Positions 36,801-48,919 of a stretch of DNA of 63,477 nucleotides are shown one piece after another. The translations under genes and the position numbers were made by a program. The notes below the pieces were generated by a model. It was not told the DNA's origin. It ran no database searches and saw nothing but the letters and a program-made list of their open reading frames with translations. Positions within the stretch are counted from its first letter, which is position 1. Each line of letters starts with the position of its first letter. Where the stretch lies: contig JAAILG010001698.1 in assembly GCA_012026655.1 (NCBI GenBank), positions 1 to 63,477 of the forward strand. Direction: 5' to 3'. The DNA comes from Hydrolagus affinis. Taxonomy: Eukaryota.

Positions 36801-39800
36801 AGAGAATAACCAACCCCCATGGCAAGTGCACAGAGGCCTTGGCTGTGTTGTGATTTTGATTTACCAATCTCTTAAAGGGGTTTAAACAGATATTTCAAAT
36901 CTTCCCGATTGGGGAAAAATAAATGTTTTGATGGCAACTAGTTGCCATAAATCCATAATTAACACCCCCCCACCCCACTATTCACAACACTTCATCACAA
37001 GCCGAGGGAGGGAGGGAGGGAGGGCAGGTTTCCTTCTACTAAAATGAAGGTTCTATTTTTTATCTTCTTTTCCATCAGCCTGTTAAGGAAGACCTTTGGC
37101 TTTGCATCATTCCCAGAATTTAATTGTTTATCTATGGTTGACAGACACCCTGAGGGTGAAGGGGCCTATTCCGAGCCTTTAACATGACATTCATTGAAGG
37201 ACATTGGAATCACTATCAATTGGCATCATATCTCTGTGTGTAATTCCGCAAACCTGATGTGTGCTCGTGCCGGCTTATTACCTTTGTCCCTTACCTACCG
37301 ATCCTGGCTATCGGGACCCCGCTCTGCATGGTCTGCACGGTGCTGTCCACAGCTGCCTGGACGGTGGGGAACGAACAGACGGCAGAAACGATGCCTTCCG
37401 GCCTACCATGGAGACGCAGCGTGACCTGGGTTATTAGCCCCAGAGTTCCCTCTGACCCCACAAACAGATTGGTCAGGTTGTAACCAGCCGCCGTCTTCCT
37501 GTGTCACAGAGATTACAACTGGCGTTGGTGTTGGTTTGTCTGTGTCTCTGTGTCTGTGTCTGTCTACCTCTCAGTGCGTGCGCAGACGATTCCTCTTGTG
37601 TTTGCATGTGCGTAAACTTGTGTGTGCTTGTGTACGATGGTTGAACAAGTGTGTGCGAGAGAGATATGTTTGCGTTCACAATTCGGCACACACAAGCCCA
37701 TTTCTGCACGTGTCATCTCCTCCCTTCTCCTGACTTGGTGTTGGGCTCCGTCCCCGTTAAGCGGCTCTGAAACACTGCCCTGTTTGAAGGTCAATATTTA
37801 ATAATAATAATAATCCTTGCATTTGATTTTACGCTTTTCGAGTCTTGTAGACGTCTCAAAACACTTCACAGAATATACTGTAAAGTGAATTGACTGTATA
37901 TTTGTGGGCAAAACGCAGCAGCCACAGCAGCGTCCCACAAACTGTGGGTGATTTCAATTTTCACATAGATTGGGAAAACAAATTGGCAAAAGTAGGTTAG
38001 AGGAGTAGTTCATAGAATGCATTAGAGATAGTTTTTCTAGATCTGTATATGCCGAGGAACCAACCAGGGGACAGGCGATCCTAGACCTTGTTTTGTGTAA
38101 CGAAACAGGACTAATCAGCAATATAGATGTTAAGGCTCCTCCAGGGCAGAGTGACCATAACATAATGGAATTTAGCATTAAGTTTGAGAGTGATGTGGTG
38201 AAGTCCAAAACAAGGGTCTTAAATTTAAATAAAGCCAACTTTGAAGGTATGAGGGAGGATTTAGCTAAAATAGCCTGGGGAACTAGACTAAAGGATATAA
38301 TAATAGACCAACAATGGCAAACGTTTAAAGATATAGTACATACAACAACAACAACAAAATTACATATCTAGAGCACTTTTACGTCAGGAGGACATCCGAA
38401 GGCACATAATTCCCAACAGTCACATATTCCATTGAGAAATAAAAGTATTACAGGGAAAGTGGTTCGACCATGGCTAACTGGAGCAGTTAGAGAAAATATA
38501 AAATGAAGAGGTCTATAATACTGCCAAAAAGAGCAGTAAACCTGAGGATTGGGAGGGCTTCAGGGACCCACAAAGAAAAATAAAGAAACCGATTCAAAAG
38601 AGGGTTTCAAAAGAGGTGACTGATGAGGTAGTGGATGCCTTATGTTTGATCTTCCAAAATTCTCTGGATTCTGGAATGGTTCCCATTGATTGGAAGATTG
38701 AAAGATCGCAAACGTAACGCCACAATTTAAGAAGGGTGGGAGAGAGAAGATGGGGGACTATAGACCTCTTAGTCTGACATTGGTGGTAGAGAAAATTCTA
38801 GAATCTTTAATTAAGGATGTCTTAATGGGGTACTTAGAAGACTATAACATGATTAGGCAGAGTCAACATGGCTTTACAAATGGGAAATCATGCTTAACAA
38901 AATCATTTTAGAGTTTTTTGAGGATGCAGGCTCGAGGGGCCAAATGGCCTACTCCTGCTCCTTATTCTTATGTTCTTATACAATAAGGCTCTATATCTAT
39001 TGCAAGGATTATTATGATTATTATTATGTATGTGAAACCATATCTTGAGACACATTAAATAGTTTGGGACATGACGTGTGCAAGCGACTGCCAGATTGGT
39101 TGAAGGTGAACTGGATAGATCTTGGTCTTCTTTTGCCTTGCAAATTCTGATGTTCTGGTATGCATTTTATTTATATATGGTATAAACATGCATTATTTCT
39201 GAGTCTATGATATAAACTGTTGTTGTGTTTGTGTGTTTGTATGTGGCCCAGGCTACCCCCCCTCCCCCCCACCCCCCGTGTTCAGTACCTGAACCTGCGC
39301 TGTTTCCCTGCGGTGTGCACCACTCTACCGTCCGCCAGCACTACCTGCAGGTTGATGACGTTCTCCCTCATGGTGCCGTAACGCACTGCGTTGGTGCCCG
39401 AGGCACTGGTGGCTGCCATTCCACACAGCGAGGCATCCGCACCCGGGTCTGCAAAACAAATCCGCTCATTTCCCTCGCAAAGTCTGCCGAACACCAGCGC
39501 TGTAAGCGAACCCGCTTGACCCTGTTAGCGCACTCGACCTCGCAAGCGAGAGGACCCGGGTTCAATTCCTAGGTAGGGTCGGAGCGAATCCTTAGGCAAG
39601 TTTCCTGACTCTACACTCCTCTCTTTACCGAGCAGTAAGTAGGAACCTGGTGGTTAGTCGATTGGCAGGTCGCTTTCCAGGGGTAATAAACCCTCCCAAC
39701 CCCCCAAAAATAAATCCGTCATCGAATCCTTCCACCTCGCCCACTCCCTGGCCTCCTTCAAGGCCAGTCACCTTTCATCATGTTTTCAGACATACTCCCA

Positions 39801-42800
39801 TCTCCCCTCCTCTCCACACTCTTGATTCCCTTCACTGTCCAGTGGTTTGGGACATCCTTCCGACATGAAAGGTGCTCTTTCTATGTTGTTGTTGTTGTGG
39901 TGGTGGTGGTGGTGGTGGTGGTGTCCTCTGTAACCAAGCCAGGCGTGCAGTGTTCCTCCAATAGATCACTGGCAATGCTCGACTGGCTCACATTGTACCA
40001 AACTCACCAATCGGAAACCAGAGGCCAGTGTCCCGGAGATAATAATTCAGGCCTTTCCTGGTGACGCCCGGCTCCACCGTAACATCAAAATCCTCGGCAT
40101 TGACTTCTACGACTTTATCCATCCTGGTGAGGTTAAAGCACACGCCACCCTGAGGAGTGAAGACAGCGATGAGGGTCTGAGGAGGGACACACAGAGCGCA
40201 GTACTGTCAGCACCTGAGAGTCTGTAACTCTCATGGTAGCTGAGCGATTGGAACAACTTGATAACACTGGATAACACTGAGATAAGTCAGGTACAGTTGG
40301 GAGAGGCAGATAAATCTAGCACAGATGTTTCCAGTTTCTGTCCACTACGTACACACGTTCCTTGTTAACTTGCTCAACCCTGTCAATGCTAACCTGAGAT
40401 TCCCCCACAACTCAGTAGTTATAATCCTTATAATAATAATAGTAAATAATAATCCTTGCATTTGATACAACGCCTGATCCAAAAAGTATATTGACTGTGT
40501 AGTTGTGTAATATGGGAGTAATAATCCATATAACTTTAATGATCCTTGCGTTTGATGTTGTGTCTGCCTTTCATGTTGGGAGGACGGTATTTTGTAGGCA
40601 AACGCGGCAGCCAACTTGCACACAGCACGAGAACAGGGAACGGGGGCAGCCAAGCGCTATCGGTTTCAAGCCAATAGTCGAGTCTTGTTGTAACAACTTC
40701 TGTTTTGTGAATGGAATTACTGAAATCACTGTGATGCTCAGCAGAGCAAGTTGTTGTGTCCCAGGATTGGCGGGCGAGCTTTCAGCCATTCTTCCCCCCA
40801 CCCCCCTCTGCTTCCTAGGACTCCATCCCGGACTCCCTCCACCTCACCTTTTCCCTACTCAGCTTAAAACCAGCCTAACCCCGACTGATGAAACCTTACT
40901 GACTGTACATTCTGGACTTCTTAATAAATAATCTTTCCATTTAATAGACTGCCTTGAACAACAACAATTTTGATTGATATAGCGCCCTCCACGCCGGACG
41001 GCGTCTCAGAGCGCTTCACAGTAGCGGATCCCAGAATCAATACCAATCATTACATTTGATATAGCGCTTTTCACGTCTTCTAGCCGTCTCAAAGCACTTC
41101 ACAGAATATACGGTAAAGTGAACTGACTGTATGTTTTGTGGCCGAAAGACGGCAGCCAATTGCACACAGCAGTGTCCCACAAACAGTCATGGATTAAAAA
41201 TGACCATTTTTGTTTTGAGGGATTATCATCAGGCGTGTGGAGTAAAGAAACTTGCCCAAGGTTTCACCCTGCATGGAATCAAACCCAGGTCTCTCCCTTG
41301 CTAGGCAAGTGAGCTCCTGTGGCTCGGTGGTTAGAGCACTTGTCTTACAAGCTGGGGAGACCAAGCTGGGGAGACCAAGCTGGGGAGACCAAGCTGGGGA
41401 GACCTGTGTTCGAATCCAGGCAGGTCAGGGCAAAACCTTAGGCAAGTTTCCTTACTCCACACGCCTAATAATAATCCCTCCAAAAAAAACACAATAATAA
41501 AATTGGTCATTTAAATCCACGACTGTTTGTGGGACACTGCTGTGCGCAATTGGCTGCCGCGATTCGCCCACAAATATATACAGTCAATTCACTTTTATAG
41601 TATATTCTGTGAAGCGCTTTGGGACGTTGATAGGATGTGGAAAGCGCTATATCAAATGCAAGGATTATTATTATATAAGTGCTCTAAAAGGGCTCCGTGT
41701 GTGGACATGTGATGTACAGTATTTGACACTCAAACTAACCAAGATTCCTGCCGTGTACATCATGCTGGGCCTCTCCGGCGACCGTGTAACCATGGAAACT
41801 TGGAAGTCTGATGTACTTTGGAGCTATCCTGTGTGTCTGCCTGGTGCACTCTCGCCTCTTGAGTGGCAAGGTTTGCGTTCAAATACCATGTCGCGACTTG
41901 GAATCACATAATCTGGGCTCAACCTCCAATGAAGCGCTGAGGGTGTGTTGAATTGTCGGAGGTGCACATGTGATAAGGCGCTGTACCAAATGCAAGGATA
42001 ATGATGATTATTATTATTAGAATCGTGAAGTTGTTCCTGAAGTTATCCCATCATGAATGGGATTTGAACCACAATCTTGTAATGGTGTCTTTAACCTGTG
42101 TTTTGTTGTCTAAGATTGACTGTGCGCAGTGAGTGACGGGGGAGATCGGGGATGATCCACAGCTCGATGGGTTGAAAAGCAAATATCCTCATTGCACGTT
42201 TATGTAGTGACCACAAGAACCTACTGTACTGATCTGAGCAATGTCATTCAGGTCCACAGACTGTAAAACTTGCCTTGAATTCACAGCCTTTAACAAAATG
42301 TCTCAAAACACTTCTCCGTAAATTGTGGTGATTGTCTGTGTATTTGTAAGCAAGCAAAGGAATAATATCAGGCACTTGGGGGTAAGGAAACTTACCCAAG
42401 GTTTCACCCTTACAGGAATTGAACCCAGGTCTCTCACTTGCAAAGCGAGTGTTCTAACCATTGAGCTACAGGACTGCACAAAGCACCTACCGTCCAGGCA
42501 ACGACTCCTCCCTCCAACCCTGTGCCTGTGCCAAAGGGGATGATTGGGACGTTGTATCTGCAGCAGATTCTGGCTAGACTGCTGACCTGCTCCGTGCTCT
42601 GTGGCCACACCACCACGTCAGGGGGTTGACACCTGTTCAACACAAAGCCACCAGCTCAGAGTCCAAACCATCATCCCAACTTGTAACTGCATCTCCTCTA
42701 TGATTTGTCCACGTCTCCTCTGGGATAATGGCAAACTATAAGGGAAGTGTTACATTTGCTGGGAAGAGGGAATGAGTCAAATTAGCGAGATTACTGCCTG

Positions 42801-43028
42801 TCATTTCCGCGCATTGGGAGGGGAGGTCCTCCAGGTGTGAAAGGTGCTACGCGACTGTAATTTGTTGCTGTGAGGTTACTGTCTCACTGTGTGTGTGTGT
42901 GATTTACTGCCTTACCTGTGGGACGACTCATCTCGCCCATGTTGTTCCCGAACTGCTGCCGACACAGAGAGCCCTGAGCTGCCCGTCACTGCCTCGAGAG
43001 CCTGGATCACCTCGCTGCTCAACATCCT
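33672..43028 (-). CDS. LDHD: Mitochondrial D-lactate dehydrogenase (FAD-linked, VAO/PCMH family), exons 2-11; spliced 1401 nt = 466 aa plus stop; exon 1 not located
   Basis: Ten GT-AG exons in consistent phase. Motifs [81 protein letters not shown]. Confidence 0.97.
34478..34589 (-). CDS. LDHD: LDHD exon 10 ([37 protein letters not shown])
   Basis: 112 bp, AG/GTACTG boundaries, phase 1 to 2. Confidence 0.95.
34861..34951 (-). CDS. LDHD: LDHD exon 9 ([30 protein letters not shown])
   Basis: 91 bp, TTTTCAG acceptor, GTCAGT donor. Confidence 0.95.
34995..35325 (-). mobile_element. tRNA-derived SINE (long-subfamily-like)
   Basis: Tail, body and B box (GGGTTCGATTCTC) match the family, with a partial extra segment. 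Confidence 0.8.
35406..35533 (-). CDS. LDHD: LDHD exon 8 ([42 protein letters not shown])
   Basis: 128 bp, CCCGCAG acceptor, AAG|GTGAG donor. Confidence 0.95.
36425..36553 (-). CDS. LDHD: LDHD exon 7 ([42 protein letters not shown])
   Basis: 129 bp, CCTCAG acceptor, GTGGAG donor, phase 1 to 1. Confidence 0.93.
37299..37498 (-). CDS. LDHD: LDHD exon 6 ([30 protein letters not shown]...GVPIARI)
   Basis: 200 bp, CACAG acceptor, GTAGGT donor. Confidence 0.95.
37960..38980 (+). mobile_element. Internally deleted CR1 LINE (endonuclease C-terminus, RT start, 3' tail)
   Basis: Translates [20 protein letters not shown]...SDHNIMEF and [24 protein letters not shown]...[13 protein letters not shown], then jumps to the GCAGGCTCGAGGGGCCAAATGGCCTACTCCTG...(TTCTTATG) tail. 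An L2 tail is inserted at about 38342-38410. Confidence 0.9.
39289..39448 (-). CDS. LDHD: LDHD exon 5 ([54 protein letters not shown])
   Basis: 160 bp, TTTGCAG acceptor, GTACTG donor. Confidence 0.96.
39520..39925 (+). mobile_element. SINE head (long subfamily) followed by an L2 3' end with a (TTG)/(TGG)n tail
   Basis: GGGTTCAATTCC B box, CCTTAGGCAAGTTTCC, extra segment; GGGACATCCTTCCGACATGAAAGGTGCT...GTTGTTGTTGTGGTGGTGG. Confidence 0.7.
40008..40149 (-). CDS. LDHD: LDHD exon 4 ([47 protein letters not shown])
   Basis: 142 bp, CCTCAG acceptor, GTGAGT donor. Absent from the ORF track but clearly in frame. Confidence 0.96.
41048..41673. mobile_element. Head-to-head inverted SINE pair; the plus copy has a 4x14-bp tandem expansion (CAAGCTGGGGAGAC, 41348-41403)
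   Basis: The minus copy at about 41048-41310 abuts the plus copy at about 41311-41673. Confidence 0.9.
42325..42478 (-). mobile_element. SINE 5' part starting about 12 nt from the LDHD exon 3 donor
   Basis: GGAATTGAACCCAGGTCTCTCACTTGCAAAGCGAGTGTTCTAACCATTGAGCTACAGGACT. Confidence 0.8.
42491..42632 (-). CDS. LDHD: LDHD exon 3 ([47 protein letters not shown])
   Basis: 142 bp, AACAG acceptor, GTAGGT donor, FAD phosphate-binding loop. Confidence 0.96.
42916..43028 (-). CDS. LDHD: LDHD exon 2 ([38 protein letters not shown])
   Basis: 113 bp, CCACAG acceptor, GTAAGG donor, [10 protein letters not shown] motif. Confidence 0.95.
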
Positions 43029-44564
43029 CTGTGGAGCGAGACAAGAACCAATTAGAAATGATCGCAGAAATGACTGGTCTGCCCCAGCAAATGCTTTTGG
43101 CAAGTGATCAGGGCAGCCATTGACACACAGAGGTGATCCCCGGTATAGCCACTGTAAGTCTATCTGGACAATTGTTGGCGAGGACTTTCTCTCATTGACG
43201 AATGTCACCTGATATTTAACATGCACCTAAAAAACACGAACACACTACGCGACCTCAGTTTAACAACAACAACAACAACGACAGGAATTGAACCCAGGTC
43301 TCTCACTTGCAAAGCGAGTGCTCTAACCACTGATTCCGAGCCGTGGGAATGGGAAGGTGGCTTTAGGCACGGTCATAGAGGAAGGCCTTCAGGAGCAATC
43401 CATCACATACTGAAGATGGGGAAGGGAAGGGCAAGGCAGAGAAATAAAGGAGGGTTAGAGTATCAGGGCGTAGTGGCTGAAGTCGCAAGTTGCCAATGTT
43501 GGAACGAAGGGCACGAGAAAAGTGCAGAAGAATGGGACCAGTTGAGCGGGGGCAGCGGGGGCTGTGGGATAAACAGGTCGGAGATGCAGGGAGGTGCCAG
43601 GGCATGAAGGGATTTTGAAAATGAGTGAGAAGATCTCACGAACGACAGCACCTCATTCATAGTTATCAGCTCCAATCCAATGGTGTGGCTTTAACCCCAA
43701 ACCCTCAGACCCAGAGACGGGACTGTGACTGAGCCAAGCTGATCCCAGCCAGAATCAATGACAGTGACAACCTGCATTTATAAAGCACCTTCATATAGCA
43801 TGGTGTGAATGCTTGACCACCCTTGATGGGTTGGGTTGGGTTGGGTGAGGGCACAGCAGGTAGGGCGAGTGCAGGGGTGGGTGGTGGGGAAGCTGGGGTT
43901 GATACAGCTCAGGGTGATGGCTGCTTTCACACCCTCACAGCTGGTCTGGCTGAGGTGAACGAACTTGACATCACACACGAAGCAGTAACTTTATTAACCG
44001 TGCCTTCAGAAAATTCTTCTATCAGTAACAGTGTAGCTCGCCAGGGACTGAGTGTACTGTGCGCACTAGCCCGTGGGAGAAGCTCCGGCAAACAGCAGTG
44101 AGGTCAGTGATCAACTGACTGCTGGCCAGACCACTGCACTCCAGCACTATATCAAACACAAGGATTAATATTATTATAATTATTATTATTAAGGAGAGGT
44201 GAGGTGGAGGGGCTCCGGGATGGAGTTCCAGAGGGTGGGCCCAACCTACGGGGTACATGGGGTATGGCAATGTGTGCTGAGCAGAGAGAGTGGACAGATT
44301 GATAGGGATTTAGGAGGTCACAGAGGTAGGGAGGAGCAAGATTATGGAGGGCTTTGGCTCACGGAGGTTAGTGGAGGGTCAAAACGTCGAAATCCATTTC
44401 AGTTTATTCCTCTTTAGAAGCTCACGTCATGATGCACAATCCATTGGCATGTTTATATAAATACATAAATAGCTGCCAAGGTTGAAGCATGGTTTAAAGC
44501 TCCCAACAATTGCACAGCTAGATCAGGGAGAGGAGACATGTTTATTGTGGGGAAATCTACTATT

Positions 44565-44975
44565 ACAACAACTTGCATTTAGATAGCGCCCTCCATGCCT
44601 GGCACCATCTCAGTGCGCTTCCACAATGGCGGAGCCCGAGGCCGAGCCAGGGGGAGGGGAAGGTGACCGTAAGCGCGGTCGAAGAGAAAGGCGCGACCTG
44701 AAGATGGGAACGGAGGGGGTGAGACAAAGCGGTTGAGGGAGAGGTTTCCAATGTTTCGGGGCGTAGTGGCTGAAAGCACGATGGCCGATGGTGGAACGGA
44801 AGATTCAGGGTACAGGGAGGAGGCCGGACCCAATAGAGCGGAGGTCGCGGGTACTGCTGTGGGGAGAGAGGGGGTTAGAGAGGTGGGGGGATGGGGGTGG
44901 GGGGTGGCAGTGGAGGAACTTAAACACAAGAGTGAGGATCTTGAAGTGGATCCGCTCGGTGACAGGGAGACAGTC
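44565..44975 (-). mobile_element. L2 LINE 3' fragment (second family)
   Basis: ACAACAACTTGCATTTAGATAGCGCCCTCCATGCC tail; antisense ORF2 end (GAGGATCTTGAAGTGGATCCG = RIHFKIL). Confidence 0.8.
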
Positions 44976-44979
44976 CATT

Positions 44980-45190
44980 AGAGGTATTTAAGATTTAAAA
45001 AAAGGCTTGATAAGGTTGAACGATAAATCAGCTGGTTGGGGAGTCTGTAACCAGGGGGCGCAAATCTAAAATAGCAATGAGAGGATTGAATAGGGATTTG
45101 GAGTGGAACTACTGCACACAGAGGGTAGTGAGATGGCGGATCTGGTTGCCTGAAGCAGTGGTTGTGACTTGCGACAGTCTCACTCATTAT
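44980..45190 (+). mobile_element. Degenerate CR1 fragment
   Basis: AGAGGTATTTAAGATTTAAAAAAAGGCTTGATAAGGT...ACCAGGGG...CAGAGGGTAGTGAG resembles the CR1 ORF2 end. Confidence 0.5.
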
Positions 45191-45344
45191 CGTACTGGAG
45201 AATTTTAGTAACTTTTACGTACTAAGTGGCCTCCAGTCAATTGCAACTCTGTCAGTGTGAGGCCCTGCTCAAAGGTGTCTCAACTGAGTCAGAATCAAGT
45301 TACTCACAGCTATTCCCAGTAAATGCCCAGACATCATAATACTA

Positions 45345-45654
45345 CTACTGATAATAATCCTTGCATTTGATATTATACTTTTCATGTATCCTGGACGTCT
45401 CAAAGCGCTTCACAGAATATACTGTAAAGTGAATTGACTGTATATTTGTGGGCGAAACACAGCAGCGAACGGCGCACAGCAGCGTCCCACAAACAGTCGT
45501 GGATTGAAATGACCAATTTAGTATTGTTTTATTTGTTATTTTTTGAGGGACTATTATTAGGCGTGTGGAGTAAGGAAACTTGCCCAAGGTTTAACCCTGC
45601 CTGGAATTGAACCCAGGTCTCTCCCTTGTAAGGCAAGTGCTCTAACCACTGAGC
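45345..45654 (-). mobile_element. tRNA-derived SINE (dominant family)
   Basis: Near full-length match to the other copies. Confidence 0.9.
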
Positions 45655-45952
45655 AGTTGCTGTACATACGGCCAATGTTGCTGTGACCACTGTTTGCTAA
45701 CTGCCTATCATTCAAGCCCAGATATCGTTGCAATGGGGGCACCTCAGCTTCTCTTGCAAACAGCTGTTTCTTCACCAAAATCTAACTGAATGGACAGGGT
45801 TAAATAATATTATATAGGTGTACATTTTACTGAGGGTTCTAGCAACAGGTAACCGTGACAGACACAATGAAGAGGAAGCTGGATTTTCACATGAGTGAGG
45901 GGAATGGAAGCGTATGGGGGTGGGGTGTGTAAGGAGTGTGGATGTTTTAAAT

Positions 45953-46176
45953 GGGGGGCACTCGATAGTCCGAAGGTTCGAAAGTCCGAACACACAAATT
46001 TCCTATGCCCGGCGCGGTTACCGTGGTTACCGCTCGATAATCCGAACCGACAATGAAATAAGGTTTGTTAATCCGAACATTTCCATCCTTAGGGTTAGGG
46101 GAAGCTTTGGACTAATGAACCTTCGGACTAATGAACCTTTCGGACTAACGAACCTTCAGACTATCGGGCGGTAACC
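45953..46176. mobile_element. Small non-autonomous TIR DNA transposon, copy 2
   Basis: Homologous to 29069-29310. Flanked by the 9-bp direct repeat GTTTTAAAT (45944-45952 and 46177-46185). Contains TTAGGGTTAGGG. Confidence 0.85.
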
Positions 46177-46274
46177 GTTTTAAATACCACACACTGGCTG
46201 GGCTGAGGGTCCTGTTTCTGTGTAAATCTTTGTAAATGGTGCTCGCCACAGCCCGCAGCCAGTTATTCTGTTTA

Positions 46275-46374
46275 NNNNNNNNNNNNNNNNNNNNNNNNNN
46301 NNNNNNNNNNNNNNNNNNNNNNNNNNNNNNNNNNNNNNNNNNNNNNNNNNNNNNNNNNNNNNNNNNNNNNNNNN
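46275..46374. other. Assembly gap (100 N)
   Basis: Run of N. Confidence 1.
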
Positions 46375-46656
46375 TGTTACTGTACACACACAGGCTGTTA
46401 CTGTACACACGCAGGCTGTTACTGTACTCACACACTGTTACTGTACACACGCAGGCTGTTACTGTACACACAGGCTGTTACTGTACACACACAGGATGTT
46501 ACTGTACACATGCAGGCTGTTACTGTACACACGCAGGCTGTTACTGTACACACACACTGTTACTGTACACATGCAGGCTGTTACTGTACACACAGGCTGT
46601 TACTGTACACACGCAGGCTGTTACTGTACACATGCAGGCTGTTACTGTACACACAG
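46375..46656. repeat. Minisatellite, about 19-21 bp unit TGTTACTGTACACA(C/T)GCAGGC
   Basis: More than a dozen directly visible copies abutting a gap. Confidence 0.95.
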
Positions 46657-46859
46657 ACTATGTTGAGTGTTGTCAGGCTGGGGGCTGGGGATGCTGCTGT
46701 ACCTGTGTTCGCTGCAGGAGACAGTGTGTCCAGGTGACTCTGCGTTTGACAGCGATGTAAGTGGAGAGTCTGAGAATGGCTGTGTGAGGAGCCATAACTA
46801 AACCTCCCTACTTACTGCTTGCTGATCGCCTCAGAGCAAGCGACAGAGAGCAAAAGAGA

Positions 46860-46991
46860 NNNNNNNNNNNNNNNNNNNNNNNNNNNNNNNNNNNNNNNNN
46901 NNNNNNNNNNNNNNNNNNNNNNNNNNNNNNNNNNNNNNNNNNNNNNNNNNNNNNNNNNNNNNNNNNNNNNNNNNNNNNNNNNNNNNNNNNN
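46860..46991. other. Assembly gap (132 N)
   Basis: Run of N. Confidence 1.
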
Positions 46992-47245
46992 CCCGAGTTA
47001 CTCAGTGTTGATCAAGGATTGTATGTGAAGCCTTTACAGTGGTTCACGTAACACACTGTACAGCAATGGGAAAAGGCTTTCAACTCTGTCCACCAATCAC
47101 ATCATTATCATCTGGCATTTGCTGCAGCTCCTGTCAGTCACACTGAAAAGTCTCAAAGCACAGATTTGAGACGTGGAATTGCTGTTTAGTGTAGTAACTG
47201 TGTGTTTAGGTAAATGAGCGAGGCAGGTCCATCTGCACGAAATGG

Positions 47246-47658
47246 GGCAGCCAATTGCGCACAGCAGTGTCCCACAAACAGTCGTGGATTGAAATGACCA
47301 ATTTTATTATTTGGGGTTTTTTTTTGGACGGATTATTATTAGGCGTGTGGAGTAAGGAAACTTGCCCAAGGTTTTGCCCTGACCTGCCTGGATTCGAACA
47401 CAGGTCTCACGCTTGTAAGGCGAGTGCTCTAACCAGTAACCACTGAGCTACAGGACTCCATTTTCTTGATACCTGAAGAGGATGGAAACTCTATGGTACA
47501 AAGCCCACACTGGTATAGATTGTGCCTGTGTAAGTTACTGTGTGTGTATGAGGAGGTGGGGGAATTGAAGAGTTCTTTCCTAACTAAAAACTCTGACTCC
47601 AAGGCTTGGTGAGACCTGGACCAGAGTTCCAGGTGACTCCATTGTATGCCATTTCACA
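47246..47658. repeat. Local duplication, copy A (SINE part plus about 200 bp of non-SINE flank); copy B at 54883-55313
   Basis: Near-identical sequence, including the diagnostic CTAACCAGTAACCACTGAG and the flank TTTTCTTGATACCTGAAGAGG...GGTGACTCCATTGTATGCCATTTCACA. Confidence 0.9.
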
Positions 47659-48919
47659 GGTCTCATGCTTGTAAGTGGCGAGTGCTCTAACCACTGAGCT
47701 AAAGGAGCTCCAGAGTTAACTTAGAGTTTTAAACACAGACACAATGTCCCAAATCCACAGTCCTTCTCCAGTCTGGCAGAAGTCGCTGACCTCTCACTCG
47801 ATGGGAAAATTCTTTCTTCCTAGCATCTCATCAACGTCTCCGTGACTCCATTGGCTCAGTGTACCCAATGTTCATAACAACCAGGTCGGGTTTCAAGCCA
47901 TTGGTTTTGGGATGATTGTCTCTATTACCACTTGTGGCTCGTACTGTTGGCATCAATTGGCATTCGTCAAGTACTCATGAACTCTTCAACCAATGAATAT
48001 AAAAGTACAGTAAAAGTCCAATAAAGAATGCTTAACATTATATGAAAATTTTTTGCTCTCCCCTCTCTGCTCCTCCCCTCTCCTTCCACAAGCTCCAGTT
48101 ACCTCCTCCAGTTACCTGACCATGCATTGTTTAAGACACTAAGTTTGACATTGAGTTGGGGCCAGGCTGTCTGACAGTCACATCCCAGTCCTCACCCCCA
48201 TTCCAGGACCTGCACACACAGTCAGCAGAGGCTGGCACACCACTAACTGTACAACTCTGCTGCACCCGGACTGTGAACAGTTACCTCTACTCAGTTAACT
48301 CAGATCTTGGCTTGGTTTTGGGACATCTGTCCTTTGGATGAGATGTTAAACTGGGGACCTGTCTGCTTGTACAAGTGGGCATGAAACATCCCACAACACT
48401 GTTGGTAATTATATGACAAGAAAAGTTAGATTATTGGTTGTTAATCCCTCTCGTAGCACTTAGTTTATCCGGACAAGTTTGGACTTGCTGTATTGTTGCA
48501 GAAGATGTGACTGTGGCAACGCCGAAATCAAACAGATTTGGAGACCAACCACACCCCACGGGAAACATCTCGACTGAGTTGAGGAAGCGTTTGCAAACTC
48601 ACTGAAGCAGACGGTGGTCCCAAAGTGAAGGAGTGACAAGGTAGGAGATGAGGATTGTTCACAGTGTCTGCTTCTGCTGGTGGCTCCAATATACCTCTGG
48701 GGAGACATCTGCCCAGACTTACTTTTCAGTTCCAATTGAAGGTGCATGGTTCCCTGCAGCAGCAACAGCAGGGAAGCGACCTGAAAGAGCTTTGTTAAAC
48801 ATGTGTTTTTCCATGTGTGAAATTAACTTTTTACTTTACGCTTCACATTAACTCGTTACTTTTACTGCACAGAGCCTAAAGTGCAAGTGTTATAGTTTAT
48901 ATATTAAAGAATCACAGTT

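Noticed and set aside
44022-44130. Minus-strand TAVCRSFSHGLVRTVHS as a possible LDHD presequence exon
   Set aside because: No nearby in-frame ATG and no convincing phase-0 donor.
45049-45063. ACCAGGGGGCGC CTCF-like core
   Set aside because: It sits inside a CR1 remnant whose consensus already has ACCAGGGG, and the upstream consensus positions match poorly.
46375-46656. Regular repeat array that might suggest CRISPR or a repetitive protein (QAVTVHT / GCYCTH ORFs)
   Set aside because: There are no unique spacers and the context is eukaryotic. It is a minisatellite, and the ORFs are artefacts that span an N gap.
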